Positions 1 to 9,688 are shown, numbered from the stretch's first letter. The stretch is 64,000 bases of DNA from Methanolinea sp. (GCA_030055515.1 JASFYI010000002.1:63290-127289), one strand, 5' to 3'. Notes: generated from the sequence alone by a model not told the origin. Program-made: numbers and translations.

Positions 1-477
1 CCTCTCGATCTCGTTCATGATGATGATCTCCTTCAGCTCGATGATCACGTCCGCGGCCCGCATGATCCTGATCTCCTCCGCGACCGGGTGGAGGTCGCTG
101 TAGAGGATGAAGAGGGCGTTTGCCTTCCGCTCCGAAACGTCCCTCTTCGCCCTCGAGAGGAGGGACAGGGCGGCATCGATCCCGTTCCTCGCGATGATCG
201 TCGAGAGGGAGTCGAGGACCACCCTCTCCCCCTTCATCAGGGCCGGCAGTCCCTCGGGCGGGACGTCCCGCGCATCCGTCATCCCCGGTTCAGGGTCGGC
301 GTCGATCATCAGGTACGTGCCGGGCGTGCCGTCCGCGGACCAGAACTGGCGGGCGAGGAGGTCGATCCCGGTGAGGGGGGAGCCCTGAACCACGATGATG
401 CTCCCCGCGGGGAACCCCCCCTCCATCGCGAGGTCGAGACCCGAGATGCCCGTCGACCGCCTGTTCTCCCTGCCCAC
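1..477 (-). CDS. RAD55/KaiC-like RecA-superfamily protein, degenerate Walker A (3' end runs off window)
   Basis: Not in ORF track; manual translation from GTG at 477 (GAGGT upstream): GRENRRSTGISGLDLAMEGGFPAGSIIVVQGSPLTGIDLLARQF...RVVLDSLS...RAADVIIELK. Confidence 0.75.
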   Translation of the reverse strand, partial: MGRENRRSTGISGLDLAMEGGFPAGSIIVVQGSPLTGIDLLARQFWSADGTPGTYLMIDADPEPGMTDARDVPPEGLPALMKGERVVLDSLSTIIARNGIDAALSLLSRAKRDVSERKANALFILYSDLHPVAEEIRIMRAADVIIELKEIIIMNEIER

Positions 478-556
478 GGGAAATAACCTCGGAAGTAACT
501 ATTTCCTGTTCCCTCTCTTATATCCTTCCAGAAATCCGGCGCGCGTGACCCGGACT

Positions 557-2095
557 TCACCCGGGATACTGCTCCCGCAGGATCCGCCTGAGGAGCTTCC
601 ACCCGTGGACCCGGGGGAGCGCCCCGACCCTCACGAACCTGCGCGGGACCTTGTACCCCGCGAGCCTCTCGCGGCAGAATCCCGCGATCTCCTCGTCGCT
701 CGCCTCCGCGCCCTCCCGGAGGACGATCGCTGCCGCGGGAATCTCCCCCCGCCTCTCGTCGGGGATGCCGAAGACCGCGGCGTCCGCGACCGCGGGGTGC
801 TGGAGGATCACGTTCTCCACCTCGGTCGGGTAGATCTTCCACCCCGACATGTTGATCATGTCCTTCTTGCGGTCCGTGATGAAGAGGACTCCCCCCTCGT
901 CCAGGTACCCGACGTCCCCCGTGAGGAACCACCCGTCCGGGAGGAACGCTTCACGGGTCTCCTCCTCCCTCCTCCAGTACCCGAGGGCGACCGAGGGGCC
1001 CCTCACCGCGACCTCGCCCTGCTCCCCCGGGGGGAGCACGACAGAGGGATCCCCGGTGTCCACGATCTTCACCTCCGTGTACCCCACGGGGACCCCGACG
1101 CTCCTGTAGCCCCGCGCGAGTTCCGGCCTCCCGGGGAGGGTCGCGGTGCCCGACCCGACCACGATCGTCTCGGAGAGCCCGTAGCAGTTCGCGATAGGTA
1201 TCCCGTACCGCCTGTCGAACGCCTCCCAGACGGACGGGAGGAGCTGCCCCCCGCCGCTGATCATCACCCGGACGGAAGCGAGCGCCTCCTCTGTTCCGGG
1301 CGGCGCAGAGACGAGCCCGTGGATGACGGGGGGCATCGAGGAGAGGACCGTGATCGCATGTTCTCTCGCGAGCCTGAGGTACCCGGGCTCCGAGAACCGC
1401 TCCATGATCACCCACGTCCCCCCGGCCCGCAGGACAGCGATCCCCCACGAGACGCCGATGTGGCCCATGGGGTAGATCCCGAGGTACCTGTCGCCCGGGA
1501 CGAGCGAGAGGACCTCGCGTTCCGCTTCGAGCGCGGCGAGCCAGTTCCCGTGCGTGAGGACCGCGCCCTTGGGCTTCCCGGTCGTCCCCGAGGTGTACTG
1601 GAGCTGGCAGGGATCGTCATGGCGGCAGGGGACCGGGGCCTCGCCGGGGCCGGGGTCCCTTTCCGCCATCCTCTCGAAGGAGAGGAGCCCTCGTGGAGGC
1701 TTCCCGGTGCACACGACGAGCGGGGGGAACGACGGCCAGTCGGAGAGCCGCCCCGCGATCTCCCACTCGCGCTCGCCGCAGATGAGGGCGCTTGCCCCCG
1801 AGTCCGAGATGACGTGGGCGAGTTCCTGCTCCCGGAGCGCCGCGTTCGCCGGGACGGCGATCCCCCCCGCCCGCCAGACGGCGAGGTAGCTCTCGAGGAA
1901 CTCCGGGCACGAATCCATGTAGATGCAGACCCTGTCACCCTTCCCGACACCCTCCGCGCGGAGCGAGGAGGAGAGCGCGCGCACCCTCGAGGAGAGCTCG
2001 CCGTAGGTGTACCGCGCCCCGCCCGAGGGCCAGACGAGCGCGCACTTCCCGGGATCGCGCGCCCGATTCTCGAGGAAACACGAGATGTTGAACAC
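557..2095 (-). CDS. AMP-forming acyl-CoA ligase (long-chain fatty acid CoA ligase-like)
   Basis: YTSGTTGKPKG, YGLSET, TGDVG, DRKKDMI and YKVPR motifs of ANL adenylate-forming enzymes. Confidence 0.9.
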   Translation of the reverse strand: MFNISCFLENRARDPGKCALVWPSGGARYTYGELSSRVRALSSSLRAEGVGKGDRVCIYMDSCPEFLESYLAVWRAGGIAVPANAALREQELAHVISDSGASALICGEREWEIAGRLSDWPSFPPLVVCTGKPPRGLLSFERMAERDPGPGEAPVPCRHDDPCQLQYTSGTTGKPKGAVLTHGNWLAALEAEREVLSLVPGDRYLGIYPMGHIGVSWGIAVLRAGGTWVIMERFSEPGYLRLAREHAITVLSSMPPVIHGLVSAPPGTEEALASVRVMISGGGQLLPSVWEAFDRRYGIPIANCYGLSETIVVGSGTATLPGRPELARGYRSVGVPVGYTEVKIVDTGDPSVVLPPGEQGEVAVRGPSVALGYWRREEETREAFLPDGWFLTGDVGYLDEGGVLFITDRKKDMINMSGWKIYPTEVENVILQHPAVADAAVFGIPDERRGEIPAAAIVLREGAEASDEEIAGFCRERLAGYKVPRRFVRVGALPRVHGWKLLRRILREQYPG

Positions 2096-2153
2096 CTGAT
2101 AATCCCTCCCCGCGCGATTGCGGCCCGCGCCCGCGGCCCTCTCCTTTCCCCCC

Positions 2154-4574
2154 TCACTGGTACTCCGGGAGCTGGACCTCCCGCGGGAGTCCTCCCTTGA
2201 AGGACTGGCGGATCCGCTCGTAGTATTCCTTCAGGTGGGGGTTCATGGTGGGGTGGACCTTCGAGAGGCTCGCCTCGAAGTGGCGTTTCCCGACGGCAGA
2301 AACCCCCTCCCTCATCGCGAACACGCCCGCCTCCCTGCAGAGCGCCTCGATGTCGGATCCCACGTACCCCTCGGTGCGGGCTGCGAGCTCGGCGATGAGC
2401 GCGTCTACGGCCGGGTCCACCACGCGGAGCTTCCGGGCAGAGAGCTGCTCCACGAAGTACCGCCTGCACTCCGCCCGGGAGAGAGGCGGTTTCCCGGAGG
2501 GCTTCACCTTCTCGGAGACGTAGATGACCTCTCCCGGCGTCACCTCGCGGTCGCGCCCGAGTTCCTCGCAGACCGCGTCGATCCCCTCCTCTCCGAGGGG
2601 CCGGAGCCGCTCGACGAGGTCCCCCATCGCGGAGCCCTCGATCGGCATCCCCCTCATGTGGATGGCGAGGATCTTCTTCCTGTCCGCGAGGTTCGGTTCC
2701 CCGATGTAGACGAGCCGGTCGAACCTCCCGGGCCGGAGGAGCGCCGGGTCGACGAGGAGGGGCTGGTTCGTCGCCCCGAGGACGACCACGTCCTTCAGCT
2801 CCTGCAGGCCGTCGATCTCCGTCAGGATCTGGTTGAGGACGCTCTCCATGACGTGCGTGCCGACGTCGCTCCCGCGGGTCGGGGCGAGGGCATCCAGCTC
2901 GTCGAAGAAGATGATCGCGGGCGCCACCTGCCGGGCCTTCTTGAATATCTCCCGGACCGCCCTCTCGCTCTCGCCCACCCACTTGGAGAGGAGCTGCGGC
3001 CCTCTGATCGCGATGAAGTTCGCGCCACTCTCGTTCGCGACAGCCTTCGCGATCAGGGTCTTGCCCGTCCCCGGCGGGCCGTAGAGGAGGACGCCGCGGG
3101 GCGGCCGGATCCCGAGTTCCTCGTAGCGCTCTCGCTGCGTGAGGGGGTACTCGACCGCCTCCCGTATCTCCTGCTTCGCCTCGTCGAGGCCCCCGACGTC
3201 CTGCCACGTGACGTGCGAGACCTCGAGCATCACCTCCCTCATGGCACTCGGGCTCACGTCCCGCAGGGCGTCCCTGAAGTCCGCGGCCGTCACCACCATG
3301 GTCTCGAGGACCGACGCGGGAATCTCCTCCTCTTCGAGGTCGATCTCGGGGAGGTACCTCCGGAGGGCACGGATTCCCGCCTCCCTCGCGAGTGCCGCGA
3401 GGTCCGCGCCCACGAACCCGTGGGTCTGCTTGGCGAGCGCTTCAAGGTTCACGTCGGGCGCGAGCGGCATCCCCCGCGTGTGGATTTTCAGGATCTCCAC
3501 CCTGTCAGGCTCCGTGGGGACGCCGATCTCGATCTCCCTGTCGAACCTTCCCGGTCTCCGGAGGGCCGGGTCTATCGCGTCGACCCTGTTCGTGGCGCCG
3601 ATCACGACGACCTGTCCCCTCTCCTCGAGGCCGTCCATCATCGTGAGGAGCTGGGCGACGACCCTCCTCTCCACCTCCCCCGTCACCTCCTCGCGGCGCG
3701 GCGTGATGGAGTCGAGCTCGTCGATGAAAATGATAGAGGGCGCGTTCTGCTCCGCCTCGTCGAAGATCTCGCGGAGCTTCTGCTCGCTCTCGCCGTAGTA
3801 CTTCGAGATGACCTCGGGGCCCGCGATCGAGATGAAGTGGGCCCCGCTCTCGCTCGCGACCGCCTTTGCGATCAGCGTCTTGCCCGTCCCCGGCGGGCCG
3901 TAGAGGAGGACCCCCTTTGGGGGCTCGATGCCGAGCCTCTGGAAGAGCTCGGGGTGCCGCATCGGGAGCTCGATCATCTCGCGCACCCGCTGGAGCTCGT
4001 CCTTCAGTCCCCCGATGTCCTCGTAGGATATCCTCTTTGCCCCCTCGACACCGGGTGCGGGTTTCTCAGAGAATTCGACCTTCGTGTTCTTCGTGATGAT
4101 GACGGCATCCTCGGGTTCGATCTCCACGACCTTGAACGGGATGAACTGGGTCTGGAGGAAAGGAAGCCCGCTCGCGATCGGGACGATGTCGTTCTTCACC
4201 ACGGGGAAGTCGATCAGCGAGTTGAGGACGTGGGGGGTGATATTGATGGGCACGTTCCTCGGGAGGTCCTCGGGGGGTGCGAGGACGACGCGTTTTGCCT
4301 CCACCTCGTCCTGTATCTTGGATATCTTGACCGTGTCCCCTATGCTCACGCCGGCGTTCATCCGCGTGAAGTTGTCGATCCGCACCTTGTTCTGGTTCCA
4401 GTCCTCCACGAGGGACCGCCAGACCTTTGCGACCGTTCTCCTCTTGCCTTCCACCGCGACGATATCCCCGGGAGATATCTTCAAGTAGAGCATCGTCTCG
4501 GGATCGAGCCTCGCCTTCCCGCCGCCCTGGTCCCCGGGATATGCACTGTCGACCTTCAGATGGATTTCAGGCAT
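2154..4574 (-). CDS. cdc48: CDC48/VCP family AAA+ ATPase
   Basis: N domain plus two AAA modules (GPPGTGKT twice, IFIDELD/IFFDELD, RPGRFDR twice). Confidence 0.96.
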   Translation of the reverse strand: MPEIHLKVDSAYPGDQGGGKARLDPETMLYLKISPGDIVAVEGKRRTVAKVWRSLVEDWNQNKVRIDNFTRMNAGVSIGDTVKISKIQDEVEAKRVVLAPPEDLPRNVPINITPHVLNSLIDFPVVKNDIVPIASGLPFLQTQFIPFKVVEIEPEDAVIITKNTKVEFSEKPAPGVEGAKRISYEDIGGLKDELQRVREMIELPMRHPELFQRLGIEPPKGVLLYGPPGTGKTLIAKAVASESGAHFISIAGPEVISKYYGESEQKLREIFDEAEQNAPSIIFIDELDSITPRREEVTGEVERRVVAQLLTMMDGLEERGQVVVIGATNRVDAIDPALRRPGRFDREIEIGVPTEPDRVEILKIHTRGMPLAPDVNLEALAKQTHGFVGADLAALAREAGIRALRRYLPEIDLEEEEIPASVLETMVVTAADFRDALRDVSPSAMREVMLEVSHVTWQDVGGLDEAKQEIREAVEYPLTQRERYEELGIRPPRGVLLYGPPGTGKTLIAKAVANESGANFIAIRGPQLLSKWVGESERAVREIFKKARQVAPAIIFFDELDALAPTRGSDVGTHVMESVLNQILTEIDGLQELKDVVVLGATNQPLLVDPALLRPGRFDRLVYIGEPNLADRKKILAIHMRGMPIEGSAMGDLVERLRPLGEEGIDAVCEELGRDREVTPGEVIYVSEKVKPSGKPPLSRAECRRYFVEQLSARKLRVVDPAVDALIAELAARTEGYVGSDIEALCREAGVFAMREGVSAVGKRHFEASLSKVHPTMNPHLKEYYERIRQSFKGGLPREVQLPEYQ

Positions 4575-4613
4575 TAATTTAAAGGTGCATTACGCTGGGA
4601 TTTATAAGTACGT
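4575..4613. promoter_or_regulatory. Compact divergent promoter region between cdc48 and larC
   Basis: 39-bp AT-rich gap with two TATA-like elements (TTTAAA at about 4578-4583; TTTATAAG at about 4601-4608). Confidence 0.55.
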
Positions 4614-5801
4614 ATGCGTGTTCTCCTCTTCGATCCCATCCGCGGGGCTGCCGGTGACATGGTGTGCGGGGCGCTCCTTGACCTCGGCGCGGACGCGGGG
4701 ACGGTGACGGCAGCCATGCGGTCCGTCGTCGGGGAACCCTCGATCCGCGTCGTGGAGAGGGCGGGTGTGAGGGCACTCTCGGTCGACACGCGGGCGACGG
4801 CGGAGAGCCGCACGCTGGACGAGGTCATCTCCCGCGTCAGGTCCGCCGAGGCCCCGCGGGCGGCGATCGAGATGGCGTGCAGGGTCTTTGCGCGCATCGC
4901 GGCAGCCGAGGAGGAGATCCACGGGAAGACCCCCCACTTCCACGAGGTGGGGGCCGACGACGCGGTCGCGGAGGTCGTCGGCGCGTGCACTGCCCTCGCG
5001 ACCCTCGCGGTCGACGCGGTGGGGACGCTCCCGGTCCCCCTCGGCGGCGGGACGGTCGGGACCCACCACGGGACGTACCCCGTTCCCGCTCCCGCGACCC
5101 TCTCAATCCTCGAGGCCGCGGGGATCCCGGTCATCTACGGCCCGCCGGGCGAGGGGGAACTCTGCACCCCGACCGGCGCCGCCCTCCTCGCCGAGATGGT
5201 CACCCTTCCCGCCGGCTCCGTCCCCCGGGGGAGGGTCGTCTCGTCCGGTTACGGGGCCGGGGACAGGGACACCCCCTCGTGCCCGAACGTCCTGCGTGCC
5301 GTCCTCATCGAGGATCTCCCCGGCCCCCGCGACGACGCGGTCGACATCCTCGAGACGAACGTCGACGACGTGACCGCGGAGGAGATGGGGGCGTGCGCGG
5401 AGGCCCTGATGGCCGGGGGAGCCCGCGACGTCTCCATCGTCCCCTGCACCATGAAGAAGGGGAGGCCCGGCTGGCTCGTGCGCGTGGTCAGCGCGCCGTG
5501 GGACTCGGAGAGGCTCGCCGGGATCCTCGCCCGGGAGACGGGGACCCTCGGGGTGAGGTGCATCCCGAGCGCCCACCGCTTCGTGGCGGGGAGGGAGGAG
5601 AGGTCGGTCTCGATCTCCGTCGGCGGGAGGACGTATGAGATCCCGGTGAAGTGCGCCGTGCGGGAGGGGACCGTCTACTCCTGCAAGGCCGAGTTCGCGC
5701 GTGTCCACGAGGTGTCCCGGGCCACCTCGGTCCCCGTGCGGGAGATCGCCCGGCTCGCGGAAGGGGAGGCGTGGAGGCAGCTAGGCCGGAAGATCCCATG
5801 A
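4614..5801 (+). CDS. larC: Nickel pincer cofactor biosynthesis protein LarC
   Basis: GAAGDMVCGALLDLG, HFHEVGADD, PVPAPAT, ETNVDD, MKKGRPG, ETGTLGVR. Confidence 0.92.
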   Translation: MRVLLFDPIRGAAGDMVCGALLDLGADAGTVTAAMRSVVGEPSIRVVERAGVRALSVDTRATAESRTLDEVISRVRSAEAPRAAIEMACRVFARIAAAEEEIHGKTPHFHEVGADDAVAEVVGACTALATLAVDAVGTLPVPLGGGTVGTHHGTYPVPAPATLSILEAAGIPVIYGPPGEGELCTPTGAALLAEMVTLPAGSVPRGRVVSSGYGAGDRDTPSCPNVLRAVLIEDLPGPRDDAVDILETNVDDVTAEEMGACAEALMAGGARDVSIVPCTMKKGRPGWLVRVVSAPWDSERLAGILARETGTLGVRCIPSAHRFVAGREERSVSISVGGRTYEIPVKCAVREGTVYSCKAEFARVHEVSRATSVPVREIARLAEGEAWRQLGRKIP

Positions 5802-6499
5802 GAGAGGCGGCCCGCGGGACAGGATCGGAAGTGCTCGACGCCCTCCTCGGGGGAGGACTCTCCCCCGGCATCCTCACGCAGGTCTACGGGGAGCCCGCGT
5901 CGGGGAAGAGCACGATCTGCGTGATGGCGGCCGTTACGTGCCTCCGCGAGGGGGGCCGGGTCATCTTCCTCGACAGCGAGGGGTTCTCCGCGGAGAGGTT
6001 CCGGCAGATCGCGGGGGACGACGCGGTCGCCCTCGCGGAGAACATCTTCCTCTTCGAGCCCGAGGACTTCTCGCAGCAGGCAGCGATGATCCGGAACTTC
6101 GAGCCGCTCCTCAGGGAGGGCGCGGGCCTCCTCGTCGTCGACTCCCTCACCGGGCTCTACAGGAGCCAGCTCGAGAGGGGGAGGGACGCGATGCAGAGGC
6201 TGACGGGGCAGGCCCTCCTCCTGCTCGGGTACGCCCGGAAGTACGCGGTGCCGGTCCTCGTCTCGAACCAGGTGTACATGGACCCCGAGAGGAACACGTT
6301 CGTAGGGCTCGGGGGGACGGCACTCGAGCACCTCTCCAAGGTGATCGTCCGGCTGGAGAGGAGGGGGCAGTTCCGGCGCGCGACGCTCGTCAAGCACAGG
6401 TCGAGGCCCGCCGGGGCATACTTCGACTTCGAGATCACGCGGCAGGGGATCCGGCCCCTCGGCCCCCTGCAGGAGGCAGGGAGTGGTGAAGGTGTCTAG
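5798..6499 (+). CDS. radB: DNA repair and recombination protein RadB
   Basis: ATGA overlap with larC stop; GEPASGKS Walker A, VVDS Walker B, KHRS motif of RadB. Confidence 0.92.
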   Translation: MREAARGTGSEVLDALLGGGLSPGILTQVYGEPASGKSTICVMAAVTCLREGGRVIFLDSEGFSAERFRQIAGDDAVALAENIFLFEPEDFSQQAAMIRNFEPLLREGAGLLVVDSLTGLYRSQLERGRDAMQRLTGQALLLLGYARKYAVPVLVSNQVYMDPERNTFVGLGGTALEHLSKVIVRLERRGQFRRATLVKHRSRPAGAYFDFEITRQGIRPLGPLQEAGSGEGV

Positions 6500-7094
6500 G
6501 CGGGACACACGGAGGGATGCAGGCACGGGGGGACCCCACGTTTCCCGGTCCCTTCCCGCGTGGCTGGTCCTCCCCGTCCTCCTCGGCGTGCTGCTCCTCG
6601 CGGGGTGCCTCTCGGTCGCGCCCGGCGCGGGGGAGGCAAAGCCCGTGCCCCTCGGGGAGGGCGAGGAGTGGAAGACATTTCCCCTAAAGGACGTCCGCAC
6701 GGGGGAGGTCATCTCCGTCGACGCGTTCGCCGGCAAGACGGTCGTCATCCACACGTTCACGGTCGCGTGCCCCGTCTGCACCCTGCAGCAGAGGGAGATC
6801 TCCACCGTGAAGGGCGCGCTCGGAGACGGGATCGTGGTGGTCGGGCTCGACATCGACCCGGGTGAGGACCCTGGAGTCCTCGCGGACCACGCCCGGAGGA
6901 ACGGGTTCCACGGCTACTACGCCATCGCGCCGCCCCGCGTCACGCGGTCCCTCGTGGACCGGTTCGGCCCGGCGGTCGTTGCGCCGGCAACCGCCCCCGT
7001 GATCCTCGTCTGTCCCTCCGGCGAGGCGACGATACTCGAGAATGGCATTAAGTCCGCGGCCCGGCTCTCGGACGCGATCAGGACGGTGTGCTGA
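6483..7094 (+). CDS. Exported TlpA/ResA-like thioredoxin-fold lipoprotein
   Basis: Hydrophobic N-terminus with LLAGC lipobox; CPVC motif; GKTVVIH...GLDIDP redoxin pattern; start uncertain. Confidence 0.75.
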   Translation: MVKVSRRDTRRDAGTGGPHVSRSLPAWLVLPVLLGVLLLAGCLSVAPGAGEAKPVPLGEGEEWKTFPLKDVRTGEVISVDAFAGKTVVIHTFTVACPVCTLQQREISTVKGALGDGIVVVGLDIDPGEDPGVLADHARRNGFHGYYAIAPPRVTRSLVDRFGPAVVAPATAPVILVCPSGEATILENGIKSAARLSDAIRTVC

Positions 7095-7097
7095 CCG

Positions 7098-7775
7098 GTG
7101 GACGCACTCTCCGCGTGGACGATGGCGTTCCTCGCGGGGACCTCTGCCCCGCTCGCCTCCCCCTGCATGCTCCCCCTCTACCCCGGTTTCCTCTCCTACC
7201 TCGCGTCGAAGGGCGGCGGGGGATCCCGCGGGGTCCCGGTCCCCCTCCTCGGGGCCGCGGTCGCGGCGGGCGTCATCGCTTCCCTCCTCTCGTTCGGGGC
7301 CGCCTACACCCTCGTCCTCCGCGTGCCCCTCTCCCGGATCGTCCCCGTCCTCTCGCCTGTCGCCTTCGGCCTCCTCGCCGTCTTCTCCGTCCTCCTCGTC
7401 CTCGATGCCGATCTCTCCCGGTGGACCGGCGGGATCCCCATCCCCCGCGTCGGCCTGCCCGTCCCCGACGCGTTCCTCCTCGGGCTCTTCCTCGGCATCG
7501 TCATCCTCCCCTGCAACGCCGCGGCTGTCGTGGCCCTCCTCGCCATCGGGACGACCCTCGGGGACCTCCTGCTCAACACCGTCTCGTTCCTCTCGTTCGG
7601 GGCAGGGATGTCGCTCCCCCTCCTCGCCTTCGCCGCACTCCCCCCGCCCGTGACCGTCGGGATCGTGGGGTGGCTCGCCCGTCACAGGAGGGCCGTTCGC
7701 GCCGCCGCGGGTGTCCTCATGCTCGGGATAGCGGTGTATTCCCTCCTCGGTCTCGCCGGGGTCCCGGCAGCGTGA
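7098..7775 (+). CDS. ccdA: CcdA/DsbD-like transmembrane thiol-disulfide transporter
   Basis: About six TM helices; SPCMLPLYP and LPCN cysteine pair; FGAGMSLPLL. Confidence 0.8.
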   Translation: MDALSAWTMAFLAGTSAPLASPCMLPLYPGFLSYLASKGGGGSRGVPVPLLGAAVAAGVIASLLSFGAAYTLVLRVPLSRIVPVLSPVAFGLLAVFSVLLVLDADLSRWTGGIPIPRVGLPVPDAFLLGLFLGIVILPCNAAAVVALLAIGTTLGDLLLNTVSFLSFGAGMSLPLLAFAALPPPVTVGIVGWLARHRRAVRAAAGVLMLGIAVYSLLGLAGVPAA

Positions 7776-7811
7776 GGGAGAGAGGGGGGAAAAAGTGTCG
7801 CGGGAGCAGGC

Positions 7812-8630
7812 CTAGAACGTGATCTTCCCCGAAAAGACGGTGGTCGCGGGGCCTTCCATCCACGTCTCCCCGCCGAGGAGGATCGTGAGGGGGCCGCCCT
7901 CCGTCTCGACCTCCACGCGGTTCCCTGTCCGCCCGATGTGGTGGGCGACCGCCGCCGCGGCCGTCGCCCCCGTCCCGCACGAGAGCGTCTCGCCCTCCAC
8001 GCCGCGCTCGTACGTCCTCACCCGGAGCGCGTTCTCCCCGGTCTGCGCGACGAAGTTGACGTTCGCCCCGCGGGGGAACGTCTGGTGGTACCGGATGGGC
8101 GGGGCGAGTTTCTGCACGTCGATCCCGTCGAGGTCCTCGACGAATACGACCGCGTGCGGGACACCCGTGTTGACGGCGTACACCGTGAACCCCCCGATCT
8201 CCTCCCGGTACTCGCCCTCCCCCGTCGCGGGGATCCGGGGCCTCTCGAACGAGGGGTCCGGCATCCTGATGTTCGCGTAGAACGTGTCGTCCCTGTACCC
8301 GCATTTCACGGGGATGGTCCCCGCGAGGGTCTCCACCGTGCACTCCTTCCGGATGTACCCCGTGTCGTAGGCGTGCTTCACGAGGCAACGGATGCCGTTC
8401 CCGCACATCTCGGCCTCGCTCCTGTCCGGCTGGAGGATGCGCATCCCGAGGTCGGCCTCCTTTCCCCGGGAGAGGTAGAGGACGCCGTCGCCCCCTATCC
8501 CGAAACGCCTGTGGCAGTAGATCTCGGCGAACTCCGCCTTCATGTCGTCGGGAATCACGATCCCCTCGTACTCGTCGATGAGGATGAAATCGTTCCCGTT
8601 CCCGTGCAGTTTCACGAAGTGGATCTCCAA
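7812..8630 (-). CDS. dapF: Diaminopimelate epimerase
   Basis: TTG start at 8630; KLHGNGNDF, EMCGNGIRC, NTGVPH, ERGVEGETLSCGTG. Confidence 0.95.
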   Translation of the reverse strand: MEIHFVKLHGNGNDFILIDEYEGIVIPDDMKAEFAEIYCHRRFGIGGDGVLYLSRGKEADLGMRILQPDRSEAEMCGNGIRCLVKHAYDTGYIRKECTVETLAGTIPVKCGYRDDTFYANIRMPDPSFERPRIPATGEGEYREEIGGFTVYAVNTGVPHAVVFVEDLDGIDVQKLAPPIRYHQTFPRGANVNFVAQTGENALRVRTYERGVEGETLSCGTGATAAAAVAHHIGRTGNRVEVETEGGPLTILLGGETWMEGPATTVFSGKITF

Positions 8631-8635
8631 TCTCC

Positions 8636-9616
8636 TCACTCTCCTGGGGAGTGCCGCCCCCCCTCTCCCTTCCGGAAAGGGTGGGCGTGCGCGAAGTCCC
8701 CGACTTCCCACCCGAGGACGTCCCTGATGATGATGTACGCCATCTGCGGGGGGATCGCCCCCACCTCGGTCACGATGAGGTCGACGTACTCGGCGGGGGT
8801 GACGTCGAATGCGGGGTTCCTCGCCCGCACGTGCCGGAACTTCCCGGCGATCTCGGCCGGGAGGACCTCGGATGGGTCCCTCTCCTCGATCTGGATGTAC
8901 TCCCCGAGGATCGTCCGGGGGGCGAACTTGTAGGTCTCCGCGGCGACCATCACCCTCGTCCTCGCCTCGTGGGCCGCGAGGGCGATCTGGGACGTCCCGA
9001 TCTTGTTCACGACCGCGCCGTTGACCGCGATCGCGTCCGCCCCCACGACGACGAGGTCGACCTCGTGCATGAAGTGGCGGGCGGCGGAGTCGACGATGTA
9101 GTTCGTGGGTATCCCCGCCTCGTCGAGCGTCGCGATCGTGAGGAGGCCCTGGTTGCGCGGGCGCACCTCCGTCGCGAAGACCGAGATGTCCCTGCCGACC
9201 CTCCACGCCTCGAGGATGCACGCGAGTGCAGCCTCGGAGTTGCAGTGGGTGAGGAGGACGTCGCCGTCCCTGATGTGGCGGGCCCCGATCTCCCCTATCC
9301 TCGCGACGGCCTCCCCCGACGATGCGATGAATGACTCGCACGCCCCGACGAAAGCCTCCCTCGCCTCCCCCACGGACGAGTGCCCGGCCCGCAGTGCCGC
9401 CATGACCGTGTGGATCGCGTTCGGGAGCGAGACCGCCGTCGGCCTCGTGGAGAGGAGGATGGACGCGGCCTCCTCGAGCTTCTCCCTGAACTCGGCGACG
9501 GAGCGTGCCTGCACGGACGACGCGTGCTCCCGGAGGGCTGCGACGGCTGCCCGGGCGATCCGGCCCGCCCCCCTTATCTCCATGCTCTTTATCTTCTCCG
9601 CGGTCTCAGTGAGCAT
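8636..9616 (-). CDS. Ribose-1,5-bisphosphate isomerase (eIF-2B family)
   Basis: EIRGAGRIA, TRPTAVSLPNA, LTHCNS, EVRPRNQG, NKIGT, NPAFDVTP. Confidence 0.92.
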   Translation of the reverse strand: MLTETAEKIKSMEIRGAGRIARAAVAALREHASSVQARSVAEFREKLEEAASILLSTRPTAVSLPNAIHTVMAALRAGHSSVGEAREAFVGACESFIASSGEAVARIGEIGARHIRDGDVLLTHCNSEAALACILEAWRVGRDISVFATEVRPRNQGLLTIATLDEAGIPTNYIVDSAARHFMHEVDLVVVGADAIAVNGAVVNKIGTSQIALAAHEARTRVMVAAETYKFAPRTILGEYIQIEERDPSEVLPAEIAGKFRHVRARNPAFDVTPAEYVDLIVTEVGAIPPQMAYIIIRDVLGWEVGDFAHAHPFRKGEGGRHSPGE

Positions 9617-9688
9617 CGGTAGTACTCGAGTACTTCAGTGCCCACGGGCGTAAATAATTATGGACATCGCGGGGTGCCGTGCCATCCC

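Noticed and set aside
2400..2640. CDC48 insertion considered as a mini-intein
   Set aside because: No Cys/Ser N-terminal block or His-Asn + Cys/Ser/Thr junction, and too short.
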